A DNA stretch of 62,820 nucleotides, filler included, from Stramenopiles sp. TOSAG23-3 (lineage: Eukaryota): NCBI GenBank assembly GCA_900128585.1. It is 34 parts of 34 records of this genome, joined end to end, with 100 filler letters (N's around TTAATTAATTAA, not from the genome) between each part and the next. Parts side by side here need not be neighbours in the genome. Positions count along the whole stretch, not along the records: positions 46,339 to 48,082 come from LT645452.1; positions 48,183 to 49,926 come from LT645453.1; positions 50,027 to 51,769 come from LT645454.1; positions 51,870 to 53,612 come from LT645455.1; positions 53,713 to 55,455 come from LT645456.1; positions 55,556 to 57,297 come from LT645457.1; positions 57,398 to 59,139 come from LT645458.1; 27 more parts are not named here. One strand, 5' to 3'. Both the position numbers and the translations under genes were made by a program. The notes below the pieces were generated by a model. The model was not told the origin of the DNA. It searched no databases and saw only the letters and a list, made by a program, of their open reading frames with translations. This document shows positions 46,340 to 57,945 of the stretch, one piece after another (positions within the stretch are counted from its first letter, which is position 1; every line of letters starts with the position of its first letter).

Positions 46340-48082
46340 TCGACCCAGCCGACCAGTTGTGGTCTTCGAAGAAGAAAAGGAGGAAATACTTCAGCACCGA
46401 CAAGTGCCCCGAAACAGGAATCAGAGGTGGCACTGACAAGCGAAAAAATCGAAAAGCGGGCAGACCCGCAAAAAGACGACCAGGGGAAAACTCAAAGCAA
46501 GCCCCCTCCGGGCAAAGTGGAAGGCTCGAGGGCAGTCGATGATGAGGACGTGAACGAACCACCGAACGCGTTCAAATGCGCGGAGGAGGGTTCGGCTGAC
46601 ACGGCAGAGCACCAACCTGTCCAAGGGGCAGACGAGAGCAAGAACGATGGGAAGGTCGAAGAACACGAGCCGGAAGAGTTGCTATGCCCTATTTTGCAGA
46701 GCCTGATGACCGACCCCGTCATCACCTCCGACGGGTTTACGTACGAGCGCTCCGCGATTCAGCACTGGCTGAAAAATCACAACACGTCGCCAAAAACGGG
46801 AAAGGGTTTGAAAAATAAAAACTGCATTCCAAACCATATCGTCCGTGCACAGATTCAAGATTACAGAAAAAAGAACAATCTCCCAGAGGTTGCGCCGTGG
46901 GAACCCCCCAAACCGGAAGAAAACGCAGGGACTCGCGGGGGAGATGGCAACAACCCCCAGTCGCGGCAACAACAAGTGCGCGTGGAAATAAGGAACAACA
47001 GACGGGAGCAGCAACAGCCCCTGTCCCGCGCGGAGTACAACCAACTGTACCACATGGTGTGCGACATTTTGAACGCACTTCCTGCGTTTCTGCAGGATTA
47101 TAATCGAATACACAATTCAGAGTCTTCCATTCCGGACGCTGCAAAGATCATCATGGGCAACCCACGGATGCTACGGCCATTTTTGCCTCATATTAACGAC
47201 CAAGCCAAAGCCTTTATGGAGTCAGTGATTGAGCGGCTGGAGGCCCGGGAGCCCAACCGCAACGGCGGTGGGAGCAGCAGCGGCCATGTGCACCCCATTT
47301 TTGAAGCAATCGAAAAGGAGGATGTTACCGCCCTGCAGAGGTTTTTGCCATCGGAAGTGACCGGGCACCGCCCTTGGCCGGGAGTGGAGCCTTGGCCCTC
47401 CTTGAACTGCCGCGACCCCAACGGCAACACGCTTCTCATTGAAGCTGCCCGGACAGGAAAGTTGCAGTGTGTACAGTATCTCCTTAGCCGAAACGCAGAT
47501 GTTCATACGGTCAATCGCGTTAGGTCAACTGCTCTCCATGTCTCCTCGTTCTATGGGCACCACAAAATCGTCTCGGAGCTGCTGAAAGCAGGGGCCGACC
47601 CCAAGAAACGAATGATGCACGGGGATACCCCATTGCACCAAGCCGCATGGAATGGGCACGTGGAAACGTTGAAAGTGCTTTTGGAGAGCAACGGCCCGAT
47701 CGATGCAAAGAAAGAAGATGGCGCGACAGCGTTGCATTTGGCGGCAGTGCGCCGCCAGTGCAATACCGTAAAGTTTCTGCTGGAGCAGGGCGCAAACCCC
47801 TTGGAGAAAGACCTGCAAGACAACTTGCCAATGCACCAAACCGCGTCGAATGGGTGTCAACACAGCATTACCTACCTCATGAATGCCGACAAGGACGGCG
47901 TTGCCATGCTATCGAGGAACAAAATTGGGAACATCCCTATGCACATTGCTGCGTGGAAAGGGAACTTGGGGATTGTAAAGGCCATGGTGAACCACGATAG
48001 TGATTGTGGGATGGAAGCGCTGCGGGTCGGAGACAAAGACAAGTGCACTACCATAAACTTGGCCTGCTTGCGAGGCCACTCC
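46340..48082 (+). CDS. U-box plus ankyrin-repeat protein (putative E3 ligase; both ends truncated)
   Basis: PEELLCPI...LMTDPVITSDGFTYER.AI..WL...TSPKT; multiple ankyrin repeats. Confidence 0.9.
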
Positions 48083-48182
48083 NNNNNNNNNNNNNNNNNN
48101 NNNNNNNNNNNNNNNNNNNNNNNNNNTTAATTAATTAANNNNNNNNNNNNNNNNNNNNNNNNNNNNNNNNNNNNNNNNNNNN

Positions 48183-49202
48183 CTGCTCTTCTCCAGCACC
48201 GCTTGGAGTGCATCGATGTACTTCACTGCTAACAAGTACTCGGTCGGGTTCTCCCCGCTGGAGACGACCGCGCGAGCGATTTCTTTCACGCTCTTGGCCT
48301 CTGCGCCAGCCTTGTTGATAATTGCCTGGGCGTCACCCCTTGCCCTTGAAACGACCTGCTGCAGCGCCCCCCGGGCTTCCGTTACAATTTTGTCCCTCTC
48401 GCCCTCTGCCAGTACCACTGTCTTTTGCTTTGTGGTTTTGGCCTGGATTATGATCTCTTTGTTCTGCAACTCGGCCTGTTTCCGTTTCGCCAAAACGTCT
48501 TTCAACTGCCTTGCCTCGACGTGTTGAATCCCCACCTTCTCTACCGTCACGCCCCAGCGCATGGCGATTTGGTTCAGGGAGTACTGGATACCCGTCAAGG
48601 CGGTCGTGTCGTCGACGATGGAGTCCACGTCCAGGGTACCGGCTACGTTTCTTATTTGTGCCTGGAGCAACTTCGACAGCATGTAAGGAAGGTTTTGCAC
48701 GCCGTAAATCATGACCTCCGGCTTTGTTACTTTGTAGTTGATCACAGCGTCCAACGTAACGCGAGCGTTGTCCCTACTGATAACGTCCTGCTTGGGAAAG
48801 TCCATGACTTCACTCTTTGTGAGAATAATGTGATGGTTGATCTGTTCTACTGCCTTTACCTGGCCGTTCTGGGTGATGTAATACTTCCACCTGTGTGTGA
48901 TTTAAAAAAAAAGAGCGAAAAAGTTGAGATTGGTTAGTTACTTCGTACAAGGCAACGGTGGGAGGGGGGGGGAAGGGGACTTACGTGTAAGTTTTCGGCT
49001 GGTAAAACGGCCATGGGACAAAGTGCGGTCCGGAGTGAAGGACCTTTGCAAAGCGCCCAAAAAACTCAATGACTACTGTTTCTTTCTCTTTAATGAAGTA
49101 TATCGATTTGTACGTGCAGTAGACGAAGAGGAGAGCGACCAACACGGCAATGATTGGGCCGACAACTCCGTCTCCACCTTCTGCTTGTAAAAGGACGAGC
49201 AT
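48183..49202 (-). CDS. SPFH/band-7 (stomatin-like) protein with one intron at 48891-48984 (3' truncated)
   Basis: TM, then VIE.FGRF...L.SG.HF..P and DFPKQDVISRDNA.V.LDAV. The GTAAGT...ACTAAC...CAG intron joins the two ORFs in frame (PKTYT/WKYY). Confidence 0.9.
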
Positions 49203-49706
49203 ATTACCGACTGTAGTTTGAACCTAGTATATGGGGGGGATAGGAAAACAAAGTGAGACAACCACTAACAAAGCAACAAAAAGAATCGAAAACGAAACGT
49301 AACGATTGTTGACTCGAATTGCTTTTCTTTGATGAATCGAAACCTCGAATTATTTCTGTTTCTCTTCATAATATAATCAATCCAATTTTTCTTTTGTTTC
49401 GTTTCCTGTAGTATATGTGTACATATATTTTACTATTATTATTATTATATATTAATTTTTTACTTCTTATTTTAAATCATCATCATCGTATTCAGTGTTA
49501 TACGCATTTAAATAGAGTTAAAAAAAAAAAAAGAAAGATCGAATAAAATATAATAATAAATTATAATAATTTTGTTTTTAGTAACATATATAAAAAGTAC
49601 AAAGTATTAGTAGTGTAATAATGGTATTATCTATCAGGTACTTCTCAATATTCTAAAAATGTTACACTTCAAGGTTTCATCAAAGCAAAATAACACGCAC
49701 ACTCCT

Positions 49707-49926
49707 CCTCTTCTTCCTTTTCTTCTTCTTCTTCTTCTTCTTCTTCTCCTTCTTCTTTTTCTTCTTTCTTCTTCTTCTTCTTCTTCTTCTTCTTTTTCTT
49801 CTTCTTTTTTCTTCTTTTTTCTTCTTCTTCTTCTTTCTTCTTCTTTCTTCTTCTTTCTTCTTCTTTCTTCTTCTTCTTCTTCTTCTTCTTTCTTCTTCTT
49901 CTTCTTCTTCTTCTTCTTCTTCTTCT
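49707..49926 (+). repeat. (CTT)n microsatellite
   Basis: Direct reading; runs into contig end. Confidence 0.93.
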
Positions 49927-50026
49927 NNNNNNNNNNNNNNNNNNNNNNNNNNNNNNNNNNNNNNNNNNNNTTAATTAATTAANNNNNNNNNNNNNNNNNN
50001 NNNNNNNNNNNNNNNNNNNNNNNNNN

Positions 50027-50105
50027 AAGATAATTGAATATAGATAGAAATAGTACAGAAGATAATTGAATATAGATAGAAATAGTACAGAAGATAATTG
50101 AATAT
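50027..50105 (+). repeat. 32-bp tandem repeat, about 2.5 copies
   Basis: AAGATAATTGAATATAGATAGAAATAGTACAG at 50027 and 50059, partial copy at 50091. Confidence 0.9.
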
Positions 50106-50351
50106 TACTTAGAATAGTATCAAGTACAGTTATGCATTTATATTTACAACAGAACGGTTTTGATCCCTATATATGTTCCATCTAAATTTGCATACAATCT
50201 TATTATGCATAGATATGTATCTATATAATACTATCCGTTAAGCATACTATATTGTATACTAAACTGTAGACATTAGAATTGAAATGATTGTTGTCGAAAC
50301 GAACAACGAGAAGAATCCCTCCCCCTCCTTCCCCTGACCTCACCTCACTCC

Positions 50352-51224
50352 TCACCTCACGGTAACGGTTTCCATTGGAGTTTTGTCCCATGATTCATCG
50401 AACGGATCATGGGGTTGTTGTGGTGCACTCTCCCCCTTCTCCCCCTTCTTCAACCCCACGTTCCAGACCTCGTCTGGAAGCTCCAATGCCTCCCTGTCCG
50501 CCAACACGTCGTCCTCCTCAAACGCAAACGTGTGCCCGTTCTCCGCGTGGAACCCGTGCTTCGTCGCCCACGCCCCGTCTTTGTACAGCTGCTTCGCAAA
50601 CATCCACTCCGGGGTCTGCGCGACGTTGCGGTCCAAGTGCTCGATCACTTTTTTCCCCAAATGCTCTGTCTTCATCATCTCCCGCGCCATCTCGTCCGCC
50701 TGTTTATTTCTATGCACCGTGAACGCCTGCAGGCGCGCGATCGCCTCCCCGTTCGACACCCCTTCGAAGACCATGTTCGGGTCGTTCAGCCCTTCCTTTC
50801 GCAGCATCTCGCGGACCCGGGCCGCGTTCTCCTGCAGGGCCTGGTACTCCCGGTTGGACCCCTTATTCTTCCCCAGCGACTCGAACGCCTGCTCGTCCCT
50901 GAACTTCTCCGACTTCTTCTTCCCGTCGTACTCCGCAAGGAGCTCCCCGTGCACGGGGGACGTCAGCGGCAAGTACCCGAGGTCCTTGTACCCCTCGTCG
51001 ATGACCTGGATGTACGTGATCCCGGTCAGCTCTTCTGTGACCTCCGACGACGGCCGGAGCGTCACGATCGTCGGGTAATGGAGGCAGTGCGGAAGGTTTG
51101 TGTCAAGGTCCCAGTGGATGTCGGCGAACGTCGGCGTCTTTCGGAACCCCACGGGCCATTCATGGCTTGTCACTTGGTACTTTTTGAAATGCTTCGTGAC
51201 GTCGGAGGATGCCTCGTTTCCCAT
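50352..51224 (-). CDS. Hypothetical protein with N-myristoylation-like start
   Basis: GC-rich ORF starting MGNEASS (MGxxxS). Confidence 0.65.
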   Translation of the reverse strand: MGNEASSDVTKHFKKYQVTSHEWPVGFRKTPTFADIHWDLDTNLPHCLHYPTIVTLRPSSEVTEELTGITYIQVIDEGYKDLGYLPLTSPVHGELLAEYDGKKKSEKFRDEQAFESLGKNKGSNREYQALQENAARVREMLRKEGLNDPNMVFEGVSNGEAIARLQAFTVHRNKQADEMAREMMKTEHLGKKVIEHLDRNVAQTPEWMFAKQLYKDGAWATKHGFHAENGHTFAFEEDDVLADREALELPDEVWNVGLKKGEKGESAPQQPHDPFDESWDKTPMETVTVR

Positions 51225-51869
51225 AATGGTGGCGAACGGGATCAAACAGCACTTGCGTGTGGTTGGTTGGTCGGTCGGTTCCTACAAATGGAACGATAAA
51301 CAAACACGGAAAACAAAGCGCCAACAATTGCGCACACCGAAAGGGTCTGTACCTTGTGCACAGGAATTCGATGGTGTACTTTCTTTAAAATTAATTAAAG
51401 GAAGAAAAAAAAGGGATGGGGGGAATAATGAATGAACATGAGAATCATATATATAGAATATATAATAATTTTTGTATATGTGTTGGTTTAAAAAATGTCA
51501 CAAAAATATTAAAATAGAAGAAGAAAGAAGAAAGAAAAGAAAGGAGTATTATAATAAATAATAAAGAAGATGAGATGTCAATCAATCAAAAAATTATAAA
51601 AAATAAAAGACTAAGGGTATTATATACTTATATAATTACATTACCTATGAAAATAAATAAAAAGTATTCGTTCTTCTTCTTGTGGTGACCTAACTTAAAC
51701 GCTAATGGAATATCGATGGTATTCGTATGTACTATTCATTGTATTTTTGTTCATTTTGGTTTTACAATTNNNNNNNNNNNNNNNNNNNNNNNNNNNNNNN
51801 NNNNNNNNNNNNNTTAATTAATTAANNNNNNNNNNNNNNNNNNNNNNNNNNNNNNNNNNNNNNNNNNNN

Positions 51870-52104
51870 CGCAGGGGTCGGGAGCCGCCGCCCGGACGTT
51901 TTCCCATACATCGGAGCAGCGATTGTCGCATTTCGGAAACAGTTTAACAAAACTTTGCGGGTGCAAAGCTTTTTTGAGGCCATCGATTTTGAAGGCCTCT
52001 TCGAAGGTTCGGGTGTACCTCTCGCGTGCTTGAGCACAGTGCTGCGAGTGCGTCGCAACGGCAAGGCACGGCAAGAAAAAGCAAAATAATAAGAATTTAA
52101 ACAT
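51870..52104 (-). CDS. N-terminus of a secreted Cys-containing protein (3' truncated)
   Basis: Signal peptide MFKFLLFCFFLPCLAVA, then C...YTRTF...F...LFPKC. Confidence 0.65.
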
Positions 52105-53288
52105 GATTGGTGGTTGAAGATAATTAAAAAACTAGATATGTTTTAGAAAGGTTTGTCTGAGCCATTTACGATTCTTTGTTGTAACTGTGAATTCCTTCTT
52201 TCGAACCTTTTGAAAGGAATAGAAATGGAAATTACTCGGAAACCTTGGTAGAATATAAGTATATGGTATATAATAATAATAAGTGGGAGTGAACAGGCGA
52301 CAACAGGTGAACAGTGAATGAATTATAATAAATAATCCAAAAGTCCAACAATTTTTATTTTCTTTATAGAGTCATAATGCTATTTCCCTTTTATTTTATT
52401 TTGAAACTCCCACCACCAATTGCTCTAATTGGCACTAATAATAGATTATTTCCATCAATCGTTCGTTCTCTTTCTCCTTGTTGTTTTGTCGTTATATTAT
52501 TAGTCTAGCTATATTATATTTGAATAAAATTAGAAATAATATCTTTATAAAAAAATTAAAATTAACAAAGACACAGTATAGAGAATATGTCCTTTGATGA
52601 GTTTTAATGAATACTTCGTTACTTTTGCATAGCTCCGTTATATAATTTATAATACAAGGAATAGCATCCAATTTGGCTTGGACTTCTATTTGTTGGTGTA
52701 TAATGTATTATTCGTTGTCCATCATATTACAATCATATCCGATTACACTAGAGACTAATAACTACCAGTATTTGTATTTAAAATAAACTTACCTATGATA
52801 TACAATCGATTGGCCCAACGTAATGATTTGCCTATATGACTATATGTGCTATTATGATCAAGAAGATACCCCTAATATACGAGGACCTCGTATATTTCTT
52901 TTTCTTCTCTCCTCTTTGAGATCTCTGAGAGATCTCTCTCTGATTTTTCTTTCTTTGTTTCTTGATTATTTTCAAAATTCATGTTTCCTTCTGTTTCATC
53001 AACTGTATCACAATTACTGAACTTATAAGTGCAACCGTAAACAATAGAAGTTTCATTGCACTTCATTCATATTCATTGACAATGTGATTTTATAATCAAT
53101 TTCCGCCCGGATTGGTGAATTTTGCTGTATAAATGCTTCTTCTGAGGAAAATACTGTCTGGTCATTTAACTTGACCGACCAGAGACGCTCTAAGGTTTAA
53201 ATGCGTAACCAACGGTGTGCATGCCGAAAATGGTATAACCCAGTTCCCAATACATCCCTATCACGTTTTAGACCGAAACTAATAAGAG

Positions 53289-53571
53289 ATGGATAGAAAG
53301 CAAGTTCTTATCGTCGGTGGGGCCAGGTATATTGGAAGCACTGTGGCCAAAGAAAATCATATTTAATGTGGGGGGTAACGACCAGAACTTTCAAAAGTTC
53401 CAAATAGGTCAATTGATAAAAGAACGGCTTCCACAAACCAAACCGATTTTGAGATACGACAAAGGCGATCCTATAAGTTACCGAGTCGATCTTGGGAAAT
53501 TATCAAATATGACTGGATTCAAATGTATTCATCGCCCAAAGCAGGAATATCAGGATTGGAAAGCAAACTGA
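53289..53571 (+). pseudogene. Internally deleted NAD-dependent epimerase/dehydratase remnant
   Basis: VLIVGGARYIGS (Rossmann-like), stop at 53364-53366, then FNVG..DQN..K.QI...D..SYRVD..K....GF in another frame. Confidence 0.55.
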
Positions 53572-53712
53572 GTACAATGAAGGAATTGCAAGAAAGTGTT
53601 AACAAACCAGAANNNNNNNNNNNNNNNNNNNNNNNNNNNNNNNNNNNNNNNNNNNNTTAATTAATTAANNNNNNNNNNNNNNNNNNNNNNNNNNNNNNNN
53701 NNNNNNNNNNNN

Positions 53713-53743
53713 AGAAGAAGAAGAAGAAGAAGAAGAAGAAGAA

Positions 53744-53790
<47 letters not shown>

Positions 53791-53806
53791 AGAAGAAGAA
53801 GAAGAA
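53713..53806 (+). repeat. (GAA)n microsatellite
   Basis: Direct reading. Confidence 0.95.
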
Positions 53807-54034
53807 AGGCTCATTTTTTTTTTTATAATAATAATATCTTCTTTTTTTTGAGGGATGGGTACCGACCGGTAAATTAAGGGGTGGGGTATTCTTCTTCCAC
53901 GACTTTTTTGTGCGTTTGTTTGTGTGTGTGTACGTGCGAACGGGATTTTTAGTTTTTGTGGTTTAAGTAGCAATGGCTTAATCGTTGGCTTTTATATTTT
54001 TCATCGGTCGTTTTTTGTTTTTTCTTTTGATTGG

Positions 54035-54670
54035 ATGAAGTGTGGCGTCGGACGGATGGTGGCGTTTCGTGTTTTGAACAAACGAATTGCCAAGGAGTGC
54101 CGCGGGAATGTTGTCTGTTCCAGGCGCTCGTTTTCAACAAGTTTGGAAACACACCGTGGCCTGCGCCATGCTGCATTAGATTTAGAAAATGTGCAATGGT
54201 TAGATTTGTCGGCGAGTCAAGATTTGGTTTGTAAAAATATGATGTGTGAAAAAGTGGGAGAAGTTTGCGTCTGCAAACTGGCCGTTTGGGCGTCGCAGTC
54301 GAGGCCAAGACTTCAACAGTTGAAGCACTTGGATTTGTCGCATAATGGGTTGGAGATTCTGCCCGATAGCGTTTTTGATTTATTGACATTACGGTCGTTG
54401 AACGTGAGCCACAACAAATTCCATGAACTGCCGGAGGAAATAAGCAGACTTACACAGTTGACAACTTTGGACATCCGGGGCAATGCCGAATTGAACCACC
54501 TCCCCGCTGCCCTGTCCAACCCCGAAGAAGTGGCTTCACTGCAGCTTCGACAAATTTTAGTAGATCAGAGCATGGAAAAGTTTCTGGGAAACGTACACCC
54601 CAAACTTTGGGGCGCTCGTAGTGGTAAGGGTGGTAGTGACAACACGGTTGTTTTGGAAAGAAACGTTTGA
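54035..54670 (+). CDS. Small leucine-rich-repeat protein
   Basis: LKHLDLSHNGL..LP, LRSLNVSHNKF..LP, LTTLDIRGN. Confidence 0.85.
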   Translation: MKCGVGRMVAFRVLNKRIAKECRGNVVCSRRSFSTSLETHRGLRHAALDLENVQWLDLSASQDLVCKNMMCEKVGEVCVCKLAVWASQSRPRLQQLKHLDLSHNGLEILPDSVFDLLTLRSLNVSHNKFHELPEEISRLTQLTTLDIRGNAELNHLPAALSNPEEVASLQLRQILVDQSMEKFLGNVHPKLWGARSGKGGSDNTVVLERNV

Positions 54671-55556
54671 AATGTGTGTGCACTCTTTCCGCGCGGCATC
54701 GCAACGTGCACGGACAACACAACGTTTGATAAGCAGGTGGTTGAAAATTCAAAATTTACAAAATATTTAAAAAAATATATGTTTTAAAAACAAGAAAATT
54801 GGCTGTTATTTAGGTAATTAAAAATTAATGTAATACGAACTGAACTCTAAATTTCGAACTTATCTTTGCTCTTGTGGTTTCGCTAAATCAATATATAGAT
54901 GGACTCTATGCACGATCCGAATCGGTACCTGGATTAGCAATGCTGTCAAATGAACCGTAATCAACTTCCTCATCCGATATCTCACTCATAGGTGACTCAA
55001 TCCTTGTCGTTGTCTGCCTTGTAAATATCTTGTTAGTATGTTTTAAAACTCTCATTTTATACCAATTAATATTTCAGTTCCAACCCTAAAATATTAATAT
55101 TTAGGCTGTTTGTTACCAACTTCCACGTATTCAAAAAATTCATAAGCTCAAGTCTTAAAAGATTAAAATATTAACGTCGTATTCAAAAATTTTAAAAATT
55201 GGAAATGTAACAATTGACAAACAACGCGAAAGAAAAATCAATGATTGACATTAAGAGGAAGCTAAATTTTTAAAATTAACTCTAAATAACAGCCAATTTT
55301 TTGTTTTTAAAGTGAGAGTCTTAAAGCATATGATACTAGATAAAATATGTAAAACATACTATATATTTTGGTTTCGAGAAAAAATAATTCATCCGTGATG
55401 ACTAATAACCATTCACCACGACGAGATGAAACTAAAAATCAAATTAAAAGATAAANNNNNNNNNNNNNNNNNNNNNNNNNNNNNNNNNNNNNNNNNNNNT
55501 TAATTAATTAANNNNNNNNNNNNNNNNNNNNNNNNNNNNNNNNNNNNNNNNNNNNC

Positions 55557-56339
55557 ACGGAGAATCTATGGGAACTTCCTGATGCGCTTCGCGAAGGGAT
55601 TGGGATGAACAGTAGGAATCATCACATGTGGTCATCGTACAGCAGTTACTTGGTACGGAAGGTTGCTGGGGTATCGCAGAAGAACAATTCTGTAGCATTT
55701 TCCTTGGTAGAATTATTCCCTGGTACAAATGCAAACGAGTTTTCAGATTTATCATTTGCATCTTCAACGTTGATGCTGAAGAGCGGAGATCTAAAATGGA
55801 GTTGGAAACGCAACGGTGGGACCCACTGCGACCGTGCAGCCGCAGAAGATGAGGTTCATCTGGACTGTGGAAGTGGGGGCACTATCACAAAAGTTCTGTT
55901 TGCTTCATATGGCTACCCTCGTGGGACCGTTTGCAGCGCGTTTGAAGTCCACGAATCTTGCCATGCCGTCGATACAATGAACATTGTAGAAAGAAAATGC
56001 CTCAACAAGCAAAAATGCGACATTTCGGCTTCTGACACCGTTTTCCTGGGGGATAATGCATCGGGTATTTCTTGCCCCAATGAAGATGGAGCAAAGGTCA
56101 AGAAATTGGTCGTTCGAGTTATGTGCTCGAATGAACCCGAGCTTGTCATGAAAGCAAGCTTGCCGCTGGGGAGCACGGCGCAAGTCTTCGTGCCGAAAAG
56201 TAATACCGCGAAATCAATCCAATCACAAGAGTCTAAAAATTTATTAATGGGTAACGACTTGGGCAGTGATGTACATTATAATGATGGACACATATACTTA
56301 TCCAAAGCTGGTCTCTATGAATTTCGAGTTCAATACTAA
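55557..56339 (+). CDS. GH78 alpha-L-rhamnosidase C-terminus with SUEL-type lectin domain (5' partial)
   Basis: NLWE...MNSRNHHMWSS...L...VAGV, then L.C..G..I..V.FASYG.P.G..C...C...V..KCL.K.KC (SUEL). Confidence 0.75.
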   Translation, partial: TENLWELPDALREGIGMNSRNHHMWSSYSSYLVRKVAGVSQKNNSVAFSLVELFPGTNANEFSDLSFASSTLMLKSGDLKWSWKRNGGTHCDRAAAEDEVHLDCGSGGTITKVLFASYGYPRGTVCSAFEVHESCHAVDTMNIVERKCLNKQKCDISASDTVFLGDNASGISCPNEDGAKVKKLVVRVMCSNEPELVMKASLPLGSTAQVFVPKSNTAKSIQSQESKNLLMGNDLGSDVHYNDGHIYLSKAGLYEFRVQY

Positions 56340-56875
56340 GATAAGAAAGTGGGCGCTTGTGTGCGTAGGGAGGGTAAACAGACAAGAGGGGAATCCCTAA
56401 TTCATTAACATTTGTGTTTTAATAAAGAATTGTGAAAGCGCAGTGCTAAACCCAAACTAAATTAAAAAGCGTTTTACTAATTTAAAATTAAGAAAATTGG
56501 CCCTTACTGCGAACTGAACTCTACTTAATTTAAGGCTTTGAATCATAAATTTTAGTCAAGTCTTCTTTACCTAATTCAGTTTACCTAAAAATAAAAAATT
56601 TGTTTTCTTTGTTTAATTAAACAACAGCCAATTTTCTTGCTTTTTGTGTAGAAAATTGGCTGTTATTATTTAAGTATCATAATTAAAAGATTTAAAATGA
56701 GAGTCTTAAAACATACTATAATTTGGTTTTTTTTTTTCATAATTAAAATAACAGCCAATTTTCTTGAAAAAAAAAATAAAATTTTAATGTACTGCGAACT
56801 GAACTCTAAATTTAGACATTCGAGGTTTACATTCCTTCATGTACTGCGAACTGTTTTTCTTATAAAAACTAAAAA

Positions 56876-57295
56876 TCATCGATTAAAAGCGCCAATTGGG
56901 TGTTTTTTTCGCAAAGAGCCAGCATTGATCTCTCTTGCTATTTTCTCTACGTGTTTTCGACGATTGAATGCGTTTTGCTTCTTGCTCGGTGGAAGTAGGA
57001 TTGTTTTGCTCTTCGAAAGGTTGGGTTTTGTATCTAAAAATTCGAAGATATTGCTTCGCCCCGGCCATCGATTTACAGTCGATAGTCTATCGTACGGTGC
57101 GTCTTGGGGGACCTGGCCCCGATATGATGCGCGGAAAGCAAGTGCTTCCGGCCTAATTGGTTTAAAGTTGGACCTGTTCTCAGTTGTGTCTTGAAAATTA
57201 CCAGTAAATTTTAGCTGTGAACGTATCCTTGTTGCAGGCTCAATCTTTCTCAAACGTTCAGGGTACGTTTTGTATGAATCCCTTTGCGTGGATCC
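56876..57295 (-). CDS. Hypothetical protein C-terminus (5' partial)
   Basis: Open frame with coding-like composition at contig end. Confidence 0.45.
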   Translation of the reverse strand, partial: GSTQRDSYKTYPERLRKIEPATRIRSQLKFTGNFQDTTENRSNFKPIRPEALAFRASYRGQVPQDAPYDRLSTVNRWPGRSNIFEFLDTKPNLSKSKTILLPPSKKQNAFNRRKHVEKIAREINAGSLRKKHPIGAFNR

Positions 57296-57453
57296 AGNNN
57301 NNNNNNNNNNNNNNNNNNNNNNNNNNNNNNNNNNNNNNNNNTTAATTAATTAANNNNNNNNNNNNNNNNNNNNNNNNNNNNNNNNNNNNNNNNNNNNACT
57401 TCTTGTAAATAAAATATATATATATATTGATTGCGATATATATTGTACCTTTG

Positions 57454-57945
57454 ATGATGCACAGTAGTTTGCCAACCAATGAATTGCGCCGACGTTTCTA
57501 TTCGTTCAAAAAGTTGGCGATGTTCTGCGTTCTCTTGAACGTGTTCGTTTGTGGGCCTCCAATGGTATCATCGCAATCATTGGATAGTATGTTGCATGAT
57601 GAAAACCATCCTGCACCAAAAGTTGTAGATGGGAGGATTGTTGACCAAGATAAAGTCGCGGTGGAAGGTGAAGACACTTTAGAGAACGAAGCTAAAAAAG
57701 ACCTGAAAAAATTTCAAGAAGAAAAGGCTGCCCCGGCAGGTGCTGCCGGACCGTTCTTTCCAGCGACCAAGGCCGAGTTAGAGGAAGCGGCAAAAGCACC
57801 AACGGACCCTGAGGCGGCAAAGGCAAAAGCCACCCAGACGTCGTTCATGCCGTCGGTTCCCAATTACGAAGGTAACATTGGCCTCAGCGCCGAATGGACG
57901 GGGCAATCGATGCTACGCGGGGGAAGCATTGGTCCGAAAGGGTAA
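57454..57945 (+). CDS. Hypothetical, possibly secreted protein
   Basis: Hydrophobic N-region, then Ala/Glu/Lys-rich body. Confidence 0.55.
   Translation: MMHSSLPTNELRRRFYSFKKLAMFCVLLNVFVCGPPMVSSQSLDSMLHDENHPAPKVVDGRIVDQDKVAVEGEDTLENEAKKDLKKFQEEKAAPAGAAGPFFPATKAELEEAAKAPTDPEAAKAKATQTSFMPSVPNYEGNIGLSAEWTGQSMLRGGSIGPKG

Noticed and set aside
50027-50105. 32-bp repeat as a CRISPR array
   Set aside because: Head-to-tail copies with no spacers.
50375-51299. Long plus-strand ORFs overlapping the 50352-51224 gene (similar shadows over other genes)
   Set aside because: Antisense shadows of GC-rich coding sequence with no recognisable motifs.
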